A stretch of 64,000 nt of DNA. It comes from Clostridia bacterium. Lineage in GTDB: Bacteria; Bacillota; Clostridia; Oscillospirales; CAG-272. The notes beneath the pieces are model-generated. The model did not search any database. It saw nothing but the letters and a program-made list of their open reading frames with translations, and was not told where the DNA came from. Numbering within the stretch: the stretch's first letter is position 1; every line of letters starts with the position of its first letter. The stretch lies in assembly GCA_900767415.1 (NCBI GenBank), contig CAAFYZ010000052.1:59660-123659 (forward strand). Direction: 5' to 3'. Below, one piece after another: positions 40,906 to 49,548 of this stretch. Position numbers and translations under genes: made by a program.

Positions 40906-40945
40906 CCCCTCCACCCGAAGGTGGAGGGGACTTGAAAATCAGAAT

Positions 40946-42112
40946 TTATTCGGGAACAACATTGTACCAGTCGCCGTTCTGAACGACCTTGTAGCCGTCA
41001 GCAATGAAGATTTCACCTTCGCCGACAGTGACATTGGACGGGTCAAACTTGTAGAACGAGCCGCCCTTGACGGTGATAGTGGCAGTGTCGCTGTCATTGC
41101 AGTTCAGCGTCCAAGCCGGGCTGACGCACTTGAAGGTGCCGCCTTCGATGGTGATCTTCGCATTGTCCTCTGCATAAATCAGGGACAGCGCGGAACCTGC
41201 AGGAGCCTGGTTTGCAAATTCGCCGCCCCTGATGATAATCTCGGATCTACCGGAGGCGCAGACGGCCATCGCGTAGTCGCTGACATAGGTGCCGTAAACC
41301 GTTGTAGCATCTACGGTAATCTGTGCGGTACCCGTTCCGTGAATTGCGCCGACTTGGCCGTTTGCCTGAATGTTGCCGGTCACTGTATGCTTGCCGTCAG
41401 TATATTCCACGCGTTTGAGAATGGTAGCCGAATTTGCATCGTAATCGGTGCCGAAGCTGTCGCTTTCCACAGTCGCCTGAGTAGCGCGCACCTCAATGCC
41501 GAGACCGGAAACAGAGGAAGGTCTGAGCCTTGAAGCATTGGCTTCGTTGCCGACTGAGGTGGGCATGTAGATCGCCATAGCGAAGGGCTTGGACGATTCT
41601 CCGGCCTTCAGCGTGATCCATCCGTCGGTGAGCATAACATCCTTCGCCAAAGTCTTTTCGGTGGCGGCAATGGCAGACCAAACATCCTCGCGGTTTGCAA
41701 ACTTGGTCGTGGTCTCGGCAGTGCCGATCTTCAGATAATTGTCCACACGGTACCAATCGCCGTTAACATTTTTCCCTCTGTTGGAGGTGTAGTTTTTGGA
41801 GAAGCCGGCCTCATATTTCAGAGCCAGATTGCCGGCGTTTACAATCTTCAGATAGACCACCTGTGTGTAACCCGGCTCCCACAGGGCTTTGTCTTCAAAG
41901 AGCTTGGTCTGATCGGTGGCTTCCTTCCATGTCTGCATATCGGTGCTGTACATGAGCTTGACATCCAGATTCCCCGCCTGAATCTTGTTGACACCGGTGG
42001 ATGCGGTGTCGGTGAACCACGCAAAGGTGGTACCGATGAGCATTGCCACACACATAAGGATAGCCAGTGTACTGGAAATCAATGCCCGCTTGGTAGAGTT
42101 ACTGCTTGTCAT
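40946..42112 (-). CDS. Secreted protein with a SipW-dependent (TasA/camelysin-type) signal peptide
   Basis: N-terminus KRALISSTLAILMCVAMLIGTTFAWFTDTASTG. The C-terminal half has repetitive G/T/V-rich beta-strand patterns. G+C is lower than in the flanking genes. Confidence 0.7.
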   Translation of the reverse strand: MTSSNSTKRALISSTLAILMCVAMLIGTTFAWFTDTASTGVNKIQAGNLDVKLMYSTDMQTWKEATDQTKLFEDKALWEPGYTQVVYLKIVNAGNLALKYEAGFSKNYTSNRGKNVNGDWYRVDNYLKIGTAETTTKFANREDVWSAIAATEKTLAKDVMLTDGWITLKAGESSKPFAMAIYMPTSVGNEANASRLRPSSVSGLGIEVRATQATVESDSFGTDYDANSATILKRVEYTDGKHTVTGNIQANGQVGAIHGTGTAQITVDATTVYGTYVSDYAMAVCASGRSEIIIRGGEFANQAPAGSALSLIYAEDNAKITIEGGTFKCVSPAWTLNCNDSDTATITVKGGSFYKFDPSNVTVGEGEIFIADGYKVVQNGDWYNVVPE

Positions 42113-42332
42113 TGTTGTTTTTCCCCCTTATCGTATTTTTTCAATGGCAATATGTAAAACACGGTTTTCCCGTGATTACACCGTATGGGTGTCGGACGGT
42201 GTTTCGTCCGTTTTCGGCGTTTCGCCGCCAACTTTGGGTCGCTGAAATTCTGCATCCCCCCCCGACAGAAACAAAATGCTGCGTCGTTGAGTCAGTCACT
42301 CTGTGAGGGGTATTCCCCCATTAAGCGGAAAT

Positions 42333-42361
42333 ATTATAGCACCGTTCTGCGAAAAAATCAA
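42333..42361 (-). promoter_or_regulatory. Promoter of the SipW-type-signal protein gene
   Basis: Minus strand: TTGATT, 17-nt spacer ending in TGc, TATAAT (extended -10). It leaves a ~210-nt leader. Confidence 0.6.
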
Positions 42362-42617
42362 CGGGTTTTTGCCATTTTTTCAAAAAAGTTCGGGTTTTGG
42401 TTGTCAAAAAGCGTTACGCAATCATCAAGTACGGCTTTTGTTATGGCAAAACCTATAAGGAAGCAAAGGAAAAAAGATGCGATTATATTATGTATAGATA
42501 ACAAAAAGGCTCCGACCTTTTGAGTCAGAGCCTGATTGATCGCCTTTGCAAATGCCATTTTTCCGTGTTTTGAAAGTATCGCCTTACCGGGCTGTGGCAT
42601 TCTGTCCGCGGTTTTTT

Positions 42618-43079
42618 TCAGAACTGATTGTTGATATCTCCACCCGGGGCGTTCGGCGGATTTTCTCCCCAGATATTCTCCCAGAAATCCCCGACGAAGG
42701 AAAGAATCCCTATCAGAAGTCCGAGGACGGCACCGACGATGCCGCAGGTCATGCCGGCAATCGACATTCCGTCAAAATAGCCGAGGTGGCGACGGGCAAC
42801 GATAGCGAAGACGATGGCGAGAACCCCGAAGGCAAAACTGACGAACCCTCCGCAGCAGCAGACGAGCGACAGAATCCCGAGCACCAGCGACGCGATCGAA
42901 AAGGCGCGCGTCTTCGGCTTCGAGAGGTCGCCGAGCGACTCGAAGGCATAGTTCGGGCGCTGCGTATCTTCTCTGCCGTACTCGTGAAAACTGTTCCCCT
43001 CAAAACCGTTAGAATCTCCGCTTTCTTCCGGGGACTGTTCCGTTTCCCGACGGTCGTTTTCATCAAAATCTTGATACAT
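42618..43079 (-). CDS. DUF4190-like small membrane protein
   Basis: 153 aa with an acidic disordered N-terminus and two TM helices (SIASLVLGILSLVCCCGGF...). Confidence 0.6.
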   Translation of the reverse strand: MYQDFDENDRRETEQSPEESGDSNGFEGNSFHEYGREDTQRPNYAFESLGDLSKPKTRAFSIASLVLGILSLVCCCGGFVSFAFGVLAIVFAIVARRHLGYFDGMSIAGMTCGIVGAVLGLLIGILSFVGDFWENIWGENPPNAPGGDINNQF

Positions 43080-43189
43080 AAAGAATCCTTTCCGAGAGAC
43101 ACCCTCTTTTTTCTGCTTTCATTATAGCATTCCCGTGTCGCAAAATCAAGAGGCGTGACGAGAATTTACGAATTATGCAAAATCCGCCG

Positions 43190-43663
43190 CTATCCGAACG
43201 GGCGGGCAGACAGATCGCCGAGTGCGTCGACTCCGAAGCCAAACCACAGAAGACCCCGCACAAGGAAGGTGAGAAGGACGATAGCGAGCACCGCGTAAAA
43301 CGCGCGGAAGCGAAACGACCCGACGACTCTTCCGTCCCCCGTCACGGAGGTAACGACGAGACGCACATACAGGTCAAAAAGCAAAAGTGCCGTAGGGATC
43401 ATCGCGGGATAGAAATAAAACGAAGAGAAAAAGTCTCCGCGCAAAAGAGACAGAAGGGCGCGCGAGCCGCCGCACCCCGGGCAATAGATGCCGAATTTCT
43501 CCTTCAATACACAGCGGAAGAGGGGGATCCCCCGCCTCTCGCAAAAGAGAAAGAGGGATGCATAGCCGAAAATGACCACTGCCGCGAAGAGGGGGAGAAG
43601 AAAAGAGAGAAGGCGCGCCCTTTTCCGGATTCTCTTTTCTCTTTCCGACAAAAGGCGTCTCAT
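43190..43663 (-). CDS. DUF2752-like membrane protein
   Basis: [22 protein letters not shown] signature. The start overlaps the pyrR stop (ATGA). Confidence 0.65.
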   Translation of the reverse strand: MRRLLSEREKRIRKRARLLSFLLPLFAAVVIFGYASLFLFCERRGIPLFRCVLKEKFGIYCPGCGGSRALLSLLRGDFFSSFYFYPAMIPTALLLFDLYVRLVVTSVTGDGRVVGSFRFRAFYAVLAIVLLTFLVRGLLWFGFGVDALGDLSARPFG

Positions 43664-44214
43664 TCTTCGGGGGAGAGAATGGAGACGGAATCTTCACCGT
43701 CGATTTTTTCGACCTTGACCGAGACGACCTCGGAGCGGGAGGTCGGAATGTTCTTCCCTACGTAGTCGGGCTTGAAAGGAAGCTCGCGCAGTCCCCTGTC
43801 GATCAGGACGGCGAGCTGTACCGTCGCGGGTCGCCCCTGACGGAAGACGCCCTCCATGGCGGCACGCACCGTGCGCCCCGTGTAGATGACGTCGTCGATC
43901 AAAATCACGTTCTTCCCGTCCACCGTCGGAAGGTCCGAGCCGTGGAGCACCGGCTGTACGTTGATGCGCGAGAGGTCGTCGCGGTAGAAGGTGATGTCGA
44001 GAGAGCCGACCGGCGGGCGCACCCCTTCTATCTTCTCGATGTTGTCCGCGATCTTCTGTGCGATCGGGACGCCGCGGCGGATAATGCCGACAAGGACAAG
44101 GTCACTCGCCCCGCGGTTATGCTCGGTAATCTCGTGCGCGATCCGCACGAGGGCGCGCGACATCGCCGCCTCGTCAAGGATCTTCGCCTTTACCTTCATC
44201 TTCTGCTCGTTCAT
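43660..44214 (-). CDS. pyrR: Bifunctional pyrimidine operon regulator / uracil phosphoribosyltransferase PyrR
   Basis: 184 aa. [14 protein letters not shown] and PRPP-binding [18 protein letters not shown]. Confidence 0.9.
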   Translation of the reverse strand: MNEQKMKVKAKILDEAAMSRALVRIAHEITEHNRGASDLVLVGIIRRGVPIAQKIADNIEKIEGVRPPVGSLDITFYRDDLSRINVQPVLHGSDLPTVDGKNVILIDDVIYTGRTVRAAMEGVFRQGRPATVQLAVLIDRGLRELPFKPDYVGKNIPTSRSEVVSVKVEKIDGEDSVSILSPEE

Positions 44215-44285
44215 CGTGTCTCCCTCTGCCGCGGCGCGGCACGACCGACTTTTTTCTTTTTCGTCGGTCTTTTTTCTTCTCTTCC

Positions 44286-44314
44286 ATTATATAAGAAAAC
44301 AAGAAAAAAATCAA
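44286..44314 (-). promoter_or_regulatory. pyrR promoter
   Basis: Minus strand: TTGATT, 17-nt spacer, TATAAT. Confidence 0.6.
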
Positions 44315-44462
44315 GTCCCGTCTTCTCTTTTTTCTTTTCTTCTTTTTTACATAGAACGCGCCGTTTCGGGAAAAATGAGTTTTGTAAGGTTTTCTTTGCT
44401 TTTTCTTTTTGTTTTTCCGAAAAAGAGAAAGCAAAGTTATCATTTCATTCAAAGGTGGCGTC

Positions 44463-44906
44463 ATGAATCTCGAAAATTACAAAAACAAAGTGAAAGAACT
44501 CTCTCCCCGCTCTCCTCTTTTTACCGACTGTATCAAGGCGTTTTTCTTCGGCGGCTTTCTCTGTTTTCTCGGGCAGTGGCTCTTTTTTCTCTTTTCTTTT
44601 CTCGGTGCGGAAGAAAAGACGGCGGGGACGCTCGTGACCGTAACGCTGATTTTCTTCTCGGCACTTCTGACGGGGCTTGGCGTCTTCGACCGGATCGCGC
44701 GGCACGCGGGGGCGGGGACGCTCGTGCCGGTCACCGGCTTTGCCAATGCGGTCGTCTCCCCCGCCCTCGATACGAAGAGCGAGGGACTCGTCGTCGGGGT
44801 GGGGTCGAAAATCTTCACGGTAGCGGGACCCGTCATTCTGTTCGGAATTCTCTCGGGGGCACTCTACGGCGTGATCTATTATTTTGTTTCTCTTTTTCTC
44901 AGGTGA
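44463..44906 (+). CDS. spoVAC: Stage V sporulation protein AC
   Basis: The ATG at 44463 follows AAAGGTGG. CIKAFFFGGFLCFLGQ and GAGTLVPVTGFANAV are SpoVAC signatures. Confidence 0.85.
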   Translation: MNLENYKNKVKELSPRSPLFTDCIKAFFFGGFLCFLGQWLFFLFSFLGAEEKTAGTLVTVTLIFFSALLTGLGVFDRIARHAGAGTLVPVTGFANAVVSPALDTKSEGLVVGVGSKIFTVAGPVILFGILSGALYGVIYYFVSLFLR

Positions 44907-44920
44907 AGGGGTAATTGTCC

Positions 44921-45940
44921 ATGCAAAAATATCTTTCGTTTTCCGAGCCGCCCGTCTTCCTGTCCTATGCTTCCGTCGTCGGGCGGGAAGAGCGGCGCGG
45001 TCCGCTCGGCGAGGCCTTCGACCTTCATGACGAGCGGGATCTTTTCGGTCAGAAGACGTGGGAAAAGGCGGAGGGGGAGATCGGCAGGTGCGCGCTGAAT
45101 CTCGCGCTGAAAAAGGCGCGTCTCTCCCCCGACGCCGTCGATCTTCTCCTTGCCGGGGATCTGCAGAACCAGTGCGTCGCCTCCTCTTACGGTCTTTCTT
45201 CTTTTTCGATCCCTTTCCTCGGCTTATACGGTGCGTGCTCCACCTGTACCGAAGGTCTTTTTTCTCTTGCCTCCTTCCTCTCGGGGTGTCCCGCCTATCG
45301 CGTGGGCGCGGTGGTTACCACCTCTCATAACTGTGCGGCGGAAAGACAGTTCCGTCTCCCCGTCGAATACGGCGGACAGCGACCCCCAACGGCACAGTGG
45401 ACGGCGACGGCGGGCGGTGCTTTTCTCCTCTCCCGCAGAAAAAAAGAAGAAGGCGGGGTCTTCGTCCTCGGGGGCATGGCGGGGAAAATCGTCGACGGAC
45501 AGATCTCGGACGGCGCGAACATGGGAGCCGCCATGGCACCCGCCGCGGCGGACACTCTTCTCTCCTACTTTTCGCAAAGCGGGGCGTCCCCCGCCGACTT
45601 CGACTCCGTCGTCACGGGAGATCTCGGCACGCTCGGCAGCCGCCTTCTCCTCTCCCTTCTCAAAGAACACTCGCTCGACCTCTCCGCCGTCCATGTCGAC
45701 TGCGGCACGCTCCTTTACGACACCTCCGTGCAGGACGCGCACTGCGGTGCGTCGGGGTGCGGCTGTTCCGCCGCCGCCCTCGCGTCCTATTTTCTCCCCC
45801 TTCTCGCGGCGGGAAAAATGAAAAACATCCTCTTTCTCTCCACCGGTGCGCTGATGAGCCCCACCTCCCTTCTGCAGGGAGAGAACATTCTCGGCGTCGC
45901 GCCCCTTCTCCGTCTCTCTTCTTATCCCCCTTTTTCGTGA
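44921..45940 (+). CDS. spoVAD: Stage V sporulation protein AD
   Basis: Thiolase-like SpoVAD pattern: REERRGPLGEAFD, LLAGDLQNQ, LGLYGACST. The ATG at 44921 lies 10 nt after AGGTGAAGGGG. Confidence 0.85.
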   Translation: MQKYLSFSEPPVFLSYASVVGREERRGPLGEAFDLHDERDLFGQKTWEKAEGEIGRCALNLALKKARLSPDAVDLLLAGDLQNQCVASSYGLSSFSIPFLGLYGACSTCTEGLFSLASFLSGCPAYRVGAVVTTSHNCAAERQFRLPVEYGGQRPPTAQWTATAGGAFLLSRRKKEEGGVFVLGGMAGKIVDGQISDGANMGAAMAPAAADTLLSYFSQSGASPADFDSVVTGDLGTLGSRLLLSLLKEHSLDLSAVHVDCGTLLYDTSVQDAHCGASGCGCSAAALASYFLPLLAAGKMKNILFLSTGALMSPTSLLQGENILGVAPLLRLSSYPPFS

Positions 45941-45950
45941 AAGGAGTTTT

Positions 45951-46322
45951 ATGTCTCTTCTTCTTTCTTCTCTTCTTTCTTTTGCGGTCGGCGGACTTTT
46001 CTGCGTCGCGGCGCAGATTCTCATCGACCTCACCTCCCTCACCCCCGCCCGCATCCTCGTCCTCTACGTGACGGGCGGCGTGCTTCTCGGGGCGACGGGT
46101 CTTTACGACCCCCTCTTCTCTTTTGCCGGGTGCGGCGCGTCCGTCCCCCTTGTCGGCTTCGGCGCGAACATCGCGCGCGGGGTGCGTGAGGCGATCGACA
46201 GAGAGGGGGCACTCGGAATTCTGACCGGCGGGTTTTCCGCCGCGTCGGCGGGGTGTTCCGCCGCGCTGATTTTCGGCTATCTCTCGGCTCTTCTCTTCTC
46301 GGGAAAGCCGAAAAAACTCTGA
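45951..46322 (+). CDS. spoVAE: Stage V sporulation protein AE (AEB)
   Basis: 123 aa. VPLVGFGANIARGVREAI and the membrane topology are typical of SpoVAEB. Confidence 0.8.
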   Translation: MSLLLSSLLSFAVGGLFCVAAQILIDLTSLTPARILVLYVTGGVLLGATGLYDPLFSFAGCGASVPLVGFGANIARGVREAIDREGALGILTGGFSAASAGCSAALIFGYLSALLFSGKPKKL

Positions 46323-46430
46323 CGAGGACTTTTTTCTTCTCTTCCGGGTCTTCTTTTTTCTGCGTTTTTCGGTAGGGAGCCGCTCTTTTGCGACCCCTAC
46401 TTTTCTTTACATGAAATTTAGAAAAATCCC

Positions 46431-46459
46431 TTGCTTTTTCTTTTATTTTATGCTATAAT
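46431..46459 (+). promoter_or_regulatory. dnaA promoter
   Basis: TTGCTT, 17-nt spacer ending in TGc, TATAAT (extended -10). Confidence 0.6.
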
Positions 46460-46501
46460 ACCTTTAAGGTTTAATAATATATAAGAAAGGGTGCGGTGTT
46501 T

Positions 46502-47878
46502 ATGACGGAGGAACTCTCGGAGATCTTGCATCAGATGCTCCCCATTTTACAGAAAAAACTCAATTACACCGACGCGGTCTTCAACCTCTGGTTCTCCGAT
46601 CTGACCCTTCCCGTTCTCACCGATATGAACGCGATCTTTCTCACCTCGACGAAACTCAGAAAGAAGATCCTCTCCACGAAATACAAAAAAGAGATCGAAG
46701 AGTCTCTTGCGGAAGTGATCGGCTTTACGGTGGAAGTCTCGTTCGAGTCGGCGGACGAAGGGGAGATCAAGGTACACGAAGAAGAACCTATAGAACCGCC
46801 CGATCCCGAAAAGGACAGAAAAGACAAGGAGAGAATGGAAGAGCTTCTCAGCGATACGAAGGGCTCTCTTCTCGACGAATACACCTTCGACAACTTCATC
46901 GAAGGAGAATCCAACAAATTCGCCCGCGCCGCCTGTCTCGCCGTGGCAAAAGAGCCGACGACCTACAATCCCCTCTTCATCTACGGACAGTCGGGACTCG
47001 GGAAGACGCATCTTCTCTATGCGGTCATCAACTACATACGGAAAAATCATCCGACGCAGAAAATCGTCTACAAAAAGAGCGAAGAATTCATCAACGAGCT
47101 GATCGCGAGCATCTCGACGGGTACGACCCAAGCGTTCAAGGCGAAGTACCGCTCGGCGGATATTCTCCTGATCGACGACATTCAGTTCATCGCGGGAAAA
47201 GAATCCACGCAAGAAGAGTTTTTCCACACCTTCTCCGCACTCTACGAGGCGGAAAAACAGATCATTCTCACCTCCGACCGTCCGCCGAAGGACATCCGCC
47301 CACTGGAAGACCGTCTGCGCACCCGCTTTGAGGGCGGGCTGATCGCCGACGTACAACCCCCTTCCTTCGAGCTTCGCACCGCGATTATTTCCAAAAAGAG
47401 CGAAGACATGGGCATGGAGATCCCGCCCGAGATGATAAACTACATGGCAGAACGCCTGCAGAACAACATCCGACAGATCGAAGGCGTGCTGAAAAAACTC
47501 TATGCCTTCGTCTCCCTTGCGAAAGGGACGATTTCCAAAGAAAAAATCGACGAGATCATCTCGATTATCGACCCCGGGAATATCCCCGCCTCCGTGATGG
47601 TGGAGAGGATCATCGCCGCGGTCGCGGAAGAATACGACGTCACGACGGCGGACATCATGTCGAAGAAGAAGACCGAGAACATCGCGAACGCGCGACACGT
47701 CGCCATCTATCTCGTAAAACGGATGACCGGTGCCACGCTGAAATCCATCGGCGACACCTTCAAGAGGGATCACACGACCGTCCTCTCTTCCTGCAACAAG
47801 GTGGAACTCAACATCAAGACCAAAAAAGGAGCGGAAGACGAAATCAACCGCCTGATACGGAAGATCAAAGGGATCTGA
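46502..47878 (+). CDS. dnaA: Chromosomal replication initiator DnaA
   Basis: YTFDNFIEGESNKFA, Walker A GQSGLGKTHLL, NIRQIEGVL and the C-terminal DNA-binding region ARHVAIYL..GDTFKRDHTTV. Confidence 0.97.
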   Translation: MTEELSEILHQMLPILQKKLNYTDAVFNLWFSDLTLPVLTDMNAIFLTSTKLRKKILSTKYKKEIEESLAEVIGFTVEVSFESADEGEIKVHEEEPIEPPDPEKDRKDKERMEELLSDTKGSLLDEYTFDNFIEGESNKFARAACLAVAKEPTTYNPLFIYGQSGLGKTHLLYAVINYIRKNHPTQKIVYKKSEEFINELIASISTGTTQAFKAKYRSADILLIDDIQFIAGKESTQEEFFHTFSALYEAEKQIILTSDRPPKDIRPLEDRLRTRFEGGLIADVQPPSFELRTAIISKKSEDMGMEIPPEMINYMAERLQNNIRQIEGVLKKLYAFVSLAKGTISKEKIDEIISIIDPGNIPASVMVERIIAAVAEEYDVTTADIMSKKKTENIANARHVAIYLVKRMTGATLKSIGDTFKRDHTTVLSSCNKVELNIKTKKGAEDEINRLIRKIKGI

Positions 47879-47910
47879 TTTTCCCCCTTTCTCTTTTCTC
47901 CCCATTCTTC

Positions 47911-48081
47911 TGTGGAAATGTGGAAAAATCACCCCCTTTTTCCCTGTGGAAAAGATGTTGACACCGTGGGGGAAGTTATCAAAAATTCCGTCCAACGAAA
48001 ATACTCCGAAAATGTGGAGAACGCGGGGAGAAAAAACCTCGGATTTTCCTTTCAAAAAAGGACTTTTCCACCGTATCCACA
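47911..48081. other. DnaA-box cluster (oriC, dnaA-dnaN intergenic part)
   Basis: Boxes are TGTGGAAAT 47911, TGTGGAAAA 47919, TGTGGAAAA 47945, TGTGGAGAA 48013, TTTTCCACC 48064 and GTATCCACA 48073, each with 0-2 mismatches to TTWTCCACA or its complement. An A-rich tract follows at 48180..48360. Confidence 0.8.
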
Positions 48082-48390
48082 AACACTATTACAACTACCC
48101 CTACCTACTAATCTTTTTCTCTTTCTTCCGCTGCGCGGAGGGAGACAGGAGAAAACGTCCCTGCTCTCCCCTTTCCTCTTCTTAAAATTCCGAAAAAGAA
48201 GAAAAGAGAGAAAAAGAAAAGGCAAAGAAAAAAACGCGAAAGTCCCCCCGCGTCGAAAAAACAAAAAAACCGGGAAAATGTGTGCCGCGAAAATCCGAAA
48301 ACCCAAAGAAAAAAAATCGCAAGTCCTCTTTTTATAAAAAATCCGTTTTTCATTCATTTACGATCGTTTAATTTAGGGAAGGTTCTCATT

Positions 48391-49548
48391 ATGAAATTCA
48401 TTGTACAAAAATCGGTATTTCTGAACGCTCTGACCCCCGCCATGGGGACGGTATCCAACAAGAATACCATCGCCTCGATAGAAGGCGTGCTGATGGAGAC
48501 CATGAAGGACGGGAAGATCCGGATCTCCACCTACGATATGAACAAAGGTATCCGCGCGATCTTCGAGCCGATCTCCATCGAAAGAGAAGGAAAATACATC
48601 GTCAACGCGCAACGCCTCTATCAGACCGTGCGCGTCATGCCGGAAGACGATCTTACCGTCGACATCGGCGAGAACTGCAACTGCACGCTCACCTGCGGGA
48701 AATCCACGTTTTCCATGTTCGCGATGCGGGGAGAAGACTTCCCCAATATGCCCGAGCTGATGACCGAGCGCGGCTTTACCGTTCCTTCGGGGATTCTCCG
48801 CAAGATGATTACGAAGACCATTCATTCGGTCGCCGACCAGGACAACCGTCCGATGCTCTGCGGCACCTTCTTCAAGATCAGCCCGAGCGGGCTTACCGCA
48901 GTTTCCTGTGATAGTTTTACCCTTTCGATCTGTCGTCAGACGTGCGAGATCGGTGCTCTCGGATCGAGAGGGGAGAGAGAATTTTCCTTTATTCTTCCGG
49001 GGCACGCCCTGCCCGAACTTCTGAAGATCATTCCCGAAAAGGAAGAGGACCTTGTCAACATCTACCTTTCGAGAAAACACGCGATTTTCCGCGGCGAGAC
49101 GATTATTTTCTTCACGCGGACCATCGACAGCGAATATATCGACTATGAGAGAATCATTCCGAAGGATCTGAATATTACGGTAACGGTCGACAGAGAGCGT
49201 CTTCTCGCCGGTCTTGAGCGTGCGAACATCATCGCGGAAGAAAAAATTCAGGGCAGCGGCAGAAGTTACGTAAAAATCAACCTCGAAGATCAGTCCCTTC
49301 ACCTGACGTCCGTCTCGGTCAACGGAAAGGTCTACGACGAGATGGATTGCGTGCATGAAGGAGAGGATCTCGAAATCGGATTCAACTGCCGTTATCTCAT
49401 CAACAGCATCAAGGCGGCGGAGGGAGAAAACATCGTCATCCACATGAAGAGCCCGACGCAGGCGATCACGGTAGAACCGGCGGAAGAAGACGAGAATTTC
49501 TCCTACTTCTATATGATACTGCCGGTCAGAATGAATAAGGCGGAATGA
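48391..49548 (+). CDS. dnaN: DNA polymerase III beta sliding clamp
   Basis: The ATG at 48391 gives MKFIVQKSVFLNAL... The length (385 aa) and the position after dnaA fit dnaN. Confidence 0.93.
   Translation: MKFIVQKSVFLNALTPAMGTVSNKNTIASIEGVLMETMKDGKIRISTYDMNKGIRAIFEPISIEREGKYIVNAQRLYQTVRVMPEDDLTVDIGENCNCTLTCGKSTFSMFAMRGEDFPNMPELMTERGFTVPSGILRKMITKTIHSVADQDNRPMLCGTFFKISPSGLTAVSCDSFTLSICRQTCEIGALGSRGEREFSFILPGHALPELLKIIPEKEEDLVNIYLSRKHAIFRGETIIFFTRTIDSEYIDYERIIPKDLNITVTVDRERLLAGLERANIIAEEKIQGSGRSYVKINLEDQSLHLTSVSVNGKVYDEMDCVHEGEDLEIGFNCRYLINSIKAAEGENIVIHMKSPTQAITVEPAEEDENFSYFYMILPVRMNKAE

Noticed and set aside
40590-40945. Known housekeeping RNA (SRP/4.5S, tmRNA, RNase P, 6S, tRNA) in the hairpin-rich spacer.
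   Set aside because: None of the remembered hallmark sequences is present on either strand: the GGAAGGAAGCAGC-type SRP helix 8, the tmRNA GGGG...CCACCA ends, the RNase P GAGGAAAGTCC, or a tRNA T-loop GGTTCGA. The region is kept only as an unclassified structured element.
42358-42600. 80-aa minus-strand ORF between the DUF4190-like gene and the SipW-type protein gene.
   Set aside because: It overlaps the predicted terminator hairpin (42497..42535) and the -35 of the downstream promoter, and it has no RBS. It is judged non-coding.
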